64,000 nucleotides of DNA from Octopus sinensis. Taxonomy: Eukaryota. Below the pieces are notes generated by a model. That model saw only the letters and a program-made list of their open reading frames with translations. It searched no databases and was not told where the DNA came from. Positions 63,161-64,000 of the stretch are shown here, piece after piece. Position 1 is the stretch's first letter; every line of letters begins with the position of its first letter. A program made the translations under genes and the position numbers. The DNA lies in the NCBI RefSeq assembly GCF_006345805.1, contig NC_042999.1, positions 20,026,001 through 20,090,000 on the forward strand, read 5' to 3'.

Positions 63161-63344
63161 TTAATGATAGTAGTAATAATAATAATAATGATAATAATAA
63201 TGATGATGATGATGATGATAATGAAGATAATAATAATAATAATAATGAAAATAATAATAATAATATAATAATAATAATAATAATAACAATAATAATAATG
63301 ATGATGATAGTAATAACAATAATAATAATAAGGCAAGTAATAAT

Positions 63345-63405
<61 letters not shown>

Positions 63406-63421
63406 TTAATGATAATGATAT

Positions 63422-63452
<31 letters not shown>

Positions 63453-63530
63453 GATGATGATGATGGTAAGGTCAATAATCACAATGATAATAATAATAGT
63501 AATAATAATAATAATAATGATAATTACAAC
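63060..63530. repeat. (AAT)n/(GAT)n compound microsatellite
   Basis: Direct reading. Confidence 0.97.
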
Positions 63531-63877
63531 ACGTTTCTGAAAATAAAAAGGACATTACAAAGAAGGTTATAATCAATGAAGAATATAATATCGAGGGTAG
63601 GGGAGGGCGTGGTTTGACTTCTCCCTCGCATTCTTATACTCTCTTCTCCTTGTATTCCCAATTGTAAATACCAATGAATATTCATGGATGCTAATTTACC
63701 AGATATCAGTGTTGTAAACACTAAATATCATATCATTAGTATTCATATCCTGTTTCTGAGAAAATATCGCCTCTTGTATAAATAACAATTTGTAATAATA
63801 ATAGAGAATTTCTTTTTGTTTTTCGTTTTACAAAACTTTGCTGCTTTTCATTATAAACATATATATATTTATGTATG

Positions 63878-63926
<49 letters not shown>

Positions 63927-64000
63927 GAATGTATATATATATGTATGTATGTATATATTTAAATACATAATATGTGTGTGTATGTATGTATATTTAATGA

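Overview
AT-rich, repeat-saturated eukaryotic DNA with no host exon I can support, so probably intergenic or deep intronic. The SINE/MITE/LINE repertoire looks like an Octopus (coleoid cephalopod) genome; this is inferred from recognised repeat families, not from a search. Most ORFs in the supplied track are microsatellite translations. Real coding remnants are all retro/transposon-derived: Tx1/L1-like, RTE x3, R4/Dong x2, CR1 and mariner. Four things stand out. (1) A ~1.7-kb RT-less retroposon (29879-31594) encodes a Tx1-type RRM+CCHC ORF1 protein, has a ~19-bp target-site duplication at the head of a 51-bp tandem array, and shares its 3' tail with a Tx1-like LINE end (9171-9816) and with an abundant tRNA-SINE. 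This is an apparent LINE / half-LINE / SINE trio. (2) That SINE forms head-to-tail arrays twice independently (~26 x 217 bp and ~3.7 x 184 bp) through different microhomology junctions. (3) At least four complete and several decayed minimal type-I hammerhead ribozymes of Penelope-like type are present. (4) Fold-back palindromes turn around at hammerhead landmarks (stem II, the stem III palindrome, and exactly at a predicted cleavage site), suggesting snap-back reverse transcription of ribozyme-bearing RNAs. Repeat boundaries are approximate unless a TSD or TIR is given.
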